Of a stretch of 11,053 nt of DNA, positions 7,849-11,053 are shown piece after piece (positions within the stretch are counted from its first letter, which is position 1; every line of letters begins with the position of its first letter). The DNA is from Bdellovibrionota bacterium. Lineage in GTDB: Bacteria > Bdellovibrionota_C > UBA2361. The stretch lies in the NCBI GenBank assembly GCA_044352465.1, contig JBILDU010000097.1:1-11053 (forward strand), given 5' to 3'. The translations under genes and the position numbers were made by a program. The notes below the pieces were generated by a model. It saw nothing but the letters and a program-made list of their open reading frames with translations, did no database searches and was not told the origin of the DNA.

Positions 7849-8865
7849 CTATCGTCGGTTGTAGTTTTGTTCGTAAAAACGGAGATACTCCCCCGTCTTG
7901 ATCCGCTCCCACCAGGCGCGCTGGGTACTATACCACTCAGCCGTCCGGGCGATCCCAACCTCAAAGGGGGTTGCCGGCACCCACCCGAGCTCCCGCGTCA
8001 ACTTCGAATGATCGATCGCATAACGTCGATCGTGCGCTGGGCGATCCGCCACCCGCTCCACAAGACTCTCCGGTTTTCCAAGCAACCGCAGGATCGTCTT
8101 TGTCACGGCGAGGTTCGGGAGCTCCGAGTCATCTCCTCCGCCGATATTATAGACCTCACCGGCGCGTCCCTTCTCCGCGATGAGCAACAGGGCCGCGCAA
8201 TGATCCTCAACAAAAAGCCAACTACGGACGTTCATACCGTCTCCGTAGAGGGGCAGCTTCTTACCTTCGAGGGCGTTGGTCACGAAAAGGGGAATGAGCT
8301 TCTCGGGGAACTGGTAAGGGCCGTAGTTGTTGGTGCAACGGGTGACGATGGCGTCGAGTTTGTGCGTTTTGTGACACGCCAATACCATGAGGTCGGAAGC
8401 CGCCTTTGACGCGGCATAAGGCGAAGTCGGGTCAAGCGGGGTCGTCTCCACGAACTTCCCCGTAGGCCCCAGCGACCCGTACACTTCATCGGTCGAGATG
8501 TGGACAAAACGCTTCACCCCGGTTCTGAGCGCCGCATCGAGGAGATTTTGGGTTCCCAAAACATTGGTGCGGACGAATTCCCCCGCTGAGTGGATCGAAC
8601 GATCCACGTGACTCTCGGCGGCGAGATGAAGCACAAGGTCAAAGCGCTCACGGGAAAAAAGCTCGTCGATCTCCGCGGCGACAGCGATATCGAGCCGGGT
8701 GAAAGTCACCCGTTGGCCATCAACAAGCCCATTGATGTTCTCTAAATTGCCCGCGTAGGTCAGGAGATCAAGGGCAGTGATCCGCCACTCCGGCCGTTGG
8801 GCAACGAGATAGTGAACCAGATTACTGCCGATAAAACCGGCTGCACCGGTAACAAGCACCTTCAT
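7849..8865 (-). CDS. rfbB: dTDP-glucose 4,6-dehydratase (RmlB)
   Basis: TGAAGFIGSN, DLLTYAGN, HLAAESHVDRSI, HISTDEVYG, PYAASKA, NNYGPYQFPEKLIP and DRPAHDRRYA. SD AAAGGA upstream. Confidence 0.97.
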   Translation of the reverse strand: MKVLVTGAAGFIGSNLVHYLVAQRPEWRITALDLLTYAGNLENINGLVDGQRVTFTRLDIAVAAEIDELFSRERFDLVLHLAAESHVDRSIHSAGEFVRTNVLGTQNLLDAALRTGVKRFVHISTDEVYGSLGPTGKFVETTPLDPTSPYAASKAASDLMVLACHKTHKLDAIVTRCTNNYGPYQFPEKLIPLFVTNALEGKKLPLYGDGMNVRSWLFVEDHCAALLLIAEKGRAGEVYNIGGGDDSELPNLAVTKTILRLLGKPESLVERVADRPAHDRRYAIDHSKLTRELGWVPATPFEVGIARTAEWYSTQRAWWERIKTGEYLRFYEQNYNRR

Positions 8866-9011
8866 CGTTTTCCTTTCATCGACCGAATCTCATCGACTGA
8901 ATACCGCTCTGCTCAGGAGAAAATCGTTCGGACAACCGCGCGGCCCCCCGCGGTGGAGCGGGGCCAGCACATGGCCCCTTAAGACCGTCTCAGGTCGTTA
9001 TTTCACCCCGC

Positions 9012-11053
9012 CTATCGCCCCCTCTGATTCCCCGAGCCCATCCCAATATCTTGAGTGATATCGCCCAGTCCCGCAAATGTAAAGCGCATGAAAACCTGCT
9101 CTTTCTCCGGGTTCAGCCGCTCGGTGTATCCAACGTCGAGGTGCCAGCAATTACAACTGCTTAAAATCCGCACCCCCACAGAGCTATCGATGAACTCACG
9201 TTCAGCTTCGTCGTAACGGGCGTAATAACCTACCTTCAAACGATCGGAGACCTTAAGCTCGAGCTGCCCATCGAGCTGACTCAACTCGTCGGTTCCCTCG
9301 CGGTCATCAACAAACGAATAACGAAATCGGAGCGCATCCCCACGGTCTCCCCGCAGGTGATTCTGTACCGCCCACGACGAGAGGTCTCCGTTTTCGACCC
9401 CGTAATTCGTATCGAAGATAAATCCGAAATAACTCGAGGGGAAAAGCCCGACCCGGGCGTTCACATCGGTAAATCCCTCGCGATCCGGATCGTTATCTTC
9501 GACATCCTCCTTGTAATCGTACCCTTGCCGCAACGTGAAGTTAGCGATCTCACGAATATCCCCCGATCGCCGGGGCGAGACCGTCGCGGTGCTGAACGGA
9601 CTCAGTGTTGCCCCACCGATTCCCCCAAGCGCCAAGGGCTCTTCGCTCCTCGAGAGGTCACCAAGCTCAGGCGCGAGCTCAGGAATCGCCCCCACACTCG
9701 CCAGGGGCGAGTCAAAGCGGCCGTACAGTCGGGTTGTGAAGCCGTAGACGAAAAGACTCCGCTCTCGAATGCGATCCAGCGAGTCGAAAAGAGGCAGATC
9801 CTCCTGCGAAGTGTCGGGAACAAACGTAAAACTAACGCCCGGCTCAACGGTGTGCTTGAGGCGAACAAGCTCGCGCCCGGCCGACTCCAATCCACCCGTC
9901 GTGATCCGGGAGAGCCAGTTCCCCTTCTCCAACTCGTACACCCGTTCTACCGAAGTCCCGACTGCATAGCGCAGATCAAAGACCTGCCGATCTTGATTGG
10001 CATCAAGTTCGAGCGAACCGTCGGTCGAAAGCCGCTCATCGAGGTTATAAATCGTGTTGCGCATCCCCACCGTCATCGAACTATTGAAATAGTTCGCGAC
10101 ATGGAACGGCACCGTTAAACTTGGGCGAATATCGGTGCGCCAGCCATCGTAACCGTCACGCCGTACAAAGTCGGTGCTGAGCACATCCATCCGACCGGTC
10201 ACTTTAAGCCCGTAAGGGTTAAATCCAAACGGTCGAAAAGATTTCAAAGCGCCCACCGACAACTCCGGGAGCCGCTGGAGGATTTCGTCGTCATCATCGT
10301 TGCGGAGCGCTTGATTGAACTCCCCCCGGGCTTCAGCACTCATAAAATCGAGCGGCGCCACACGGGCGGCGAGGGTGGAGGTCGTGTAACGATCCTCGCG
10401 ACTCCCGATGTCCGGCTCATCCAACTCACGCAGCAAGAGGTCATCGCTCACGTAGTGCACATCCGCGAGAAACGAAGACGACAGCGGTGCCGTAGGAGAA
10501 GAACGCCAGAGCTGGGAGAAATACCCGCCATATCGATCCTCCTCGTCGAACTCCCCGGCGCTGTTGACCGGTGGGTCAGCGAGGCCGGAAAGGTCAGCTC
10601 CACGCAAGCTGCCATCCCGCATCGACTCATTCGAGTATAAGAAACGCCCCTCCGCATAGTTGTAACGAGAGAAGGCCTTGCGCACATCAAGCGCCCCTCC
10701 AAACCGCGTGCGCGTTTCGACAAACGGAGTCACCGTGATATCGGTATGGTCATCGATCACCCCGAAGATCGGTTGACGTATCGACAGCCCATCATCCGAG
10801 CCGAAACCGTACTGACCAGCGAGAAGGCCCGACGCCCGCTCCTGCTTCACCGGGAAGACGAGGTAAGGAGTGTACAAAACAGGTACATCGTAGATCCGCA
10901 GGGTCGCATCATAGGTGTGCGCGTATCCCTCCGCGGTTATATGCCCCCGGCGAGCTCGAATCGACCACGGCTTTGTCTCCGGGTCCTCGCACGCACACGT
11001 CGAGAACTGGCAGCCTAAAAGCTCAAACTCGGTTTCCGACAATTTCTTGGCTT
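9012..11053 (-). CDS. lptD: LPS-assembly outer-membrane protein LptD (5'-truncated at the window edge)
   Basis: FSTC...PWSIRA...VPVLYTPYLVFPV...RASGLL is the end of the beta-jellyroll. VSDDLLLREL, LQRLPEL, LKHTVEP...FVP...DLPLFDSLDRI and a C-terminal CW motif follow, with alternating beta-strand patterns. The frame stays open beyond the listed TTG at 11042. Confidence 0.9.
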   Translation of the reverse strand, partial: AKKLSETEFELLGCQFSTCACEDPETKPWSIRARRGHITAEGYAHTYDATLRIYDVPVLYTPYLVFPVKQERASGLLAGQYGFGSDDGLSIRQPIFGVIDDHTDITVTPFVETRTRFGGALDVRKAFSRYNYAEGRFLYSNESMRDGSLRGADLSGLADPPVNSAGEFDEEDRYGGYFSQLWRSSPTAPLSSSFLADVHYVSDDLLLRELDEPDIGSREDRYTTSTLAARVAPLDFMSAEARGEFNQALRNDDDDEILQRLPELSVGALKSFRPFGFNPYGLKVTGRMDVLSTDFVRRDGYDGWRTDIRPSLTVPFHVANYFNSSMTVGMRNTIYNLDERLSTDGSLELDANQDRQVFDLRYAVGTSVERVYELEKGNWLSRITTGGLESAGRELVRLKHTVEPGVSFTFVPDTSQEDLPLFDSLDRIRERSLFVYGFTTRLYGRFDSPLASVGAIPELAPELGDLSRSEEPLALGGIGGATLSPFSTATVSPRRSGDIREIANFTLRQGYDYKEDVEDNDPDREGFTDVNARVGLFPSSYFGFIFDTNYGVENGDLSSWAVQNHLRGDRGDALRFRYSFVDDREGTDELSQLDGQLELKVSDRLKVGYYARYDEAEREFIDSSVGVRILSSCNCWHLDVGYTERLNPEKEQVFMRFTFAGLGDITQDIGMGSGNQRGR

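Noticed and set aside
8897..8908. ops/JUMPStart-like element (minus-strand AGCGGTATTCAG) upstream of rfbB
   Set aside because: It has two mismatches to the 8-nt GGCGGTAG core and no JUMPStart context. The position is suggestive but the match is too weak to call.
5944..10640. Long + strand ORFs antisense to manC, rfbD, rfbB and lptD (for example 6171..6905, 7867..8409 and 9357..10118)
   Set aside because: These are shadow ORFs expected from high-GC codon bias opposite well-conserved genes, with no recognisable motifs.
11040..11042. TTG 11042 as the lptD start
   Set aside because: The frame stays open to the window edge, and the signal peptide and most of the N-terminal jellyroll domain are missing.

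Overview
This GC-rich chromosomal window comes from a diderm (LPS-producing) bacterium and is mostly cell-envelope genes. The + strand carries a 5'-truncated ORF resembling a degenerate RelA/SpoT-type HD hydrolase domain that overlaps plsC, then tRNA-Leu(CAA), and three exported proteins: an orphan lipoprotein, a LysM lipoprotein and a small stand-alone peptidoglycan-binding protein. The - strand carries a convergent cluster lptD (5'-truncated)-rfbB-rfbD-manC-gmd-rmd-like, which combines half of the dTDP-L-rhamnose pathway with a GDP-6-deoxy-D-hexose (probably D-rhamnose) pathway. I see no mobile element, CRISPR array or recognisable defence system, and no clearly new system. The best leads are the apparently catalytically dead HD-like protein coupled to plsC, the unusual cysteine pattern and insertions in LptD, the hybrid sugar operon lacking rfbA/rfbC, the orphan envelope proteins, and several structured intergenic regions. 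All family calls come from motif recognition by eye; no searches were run.
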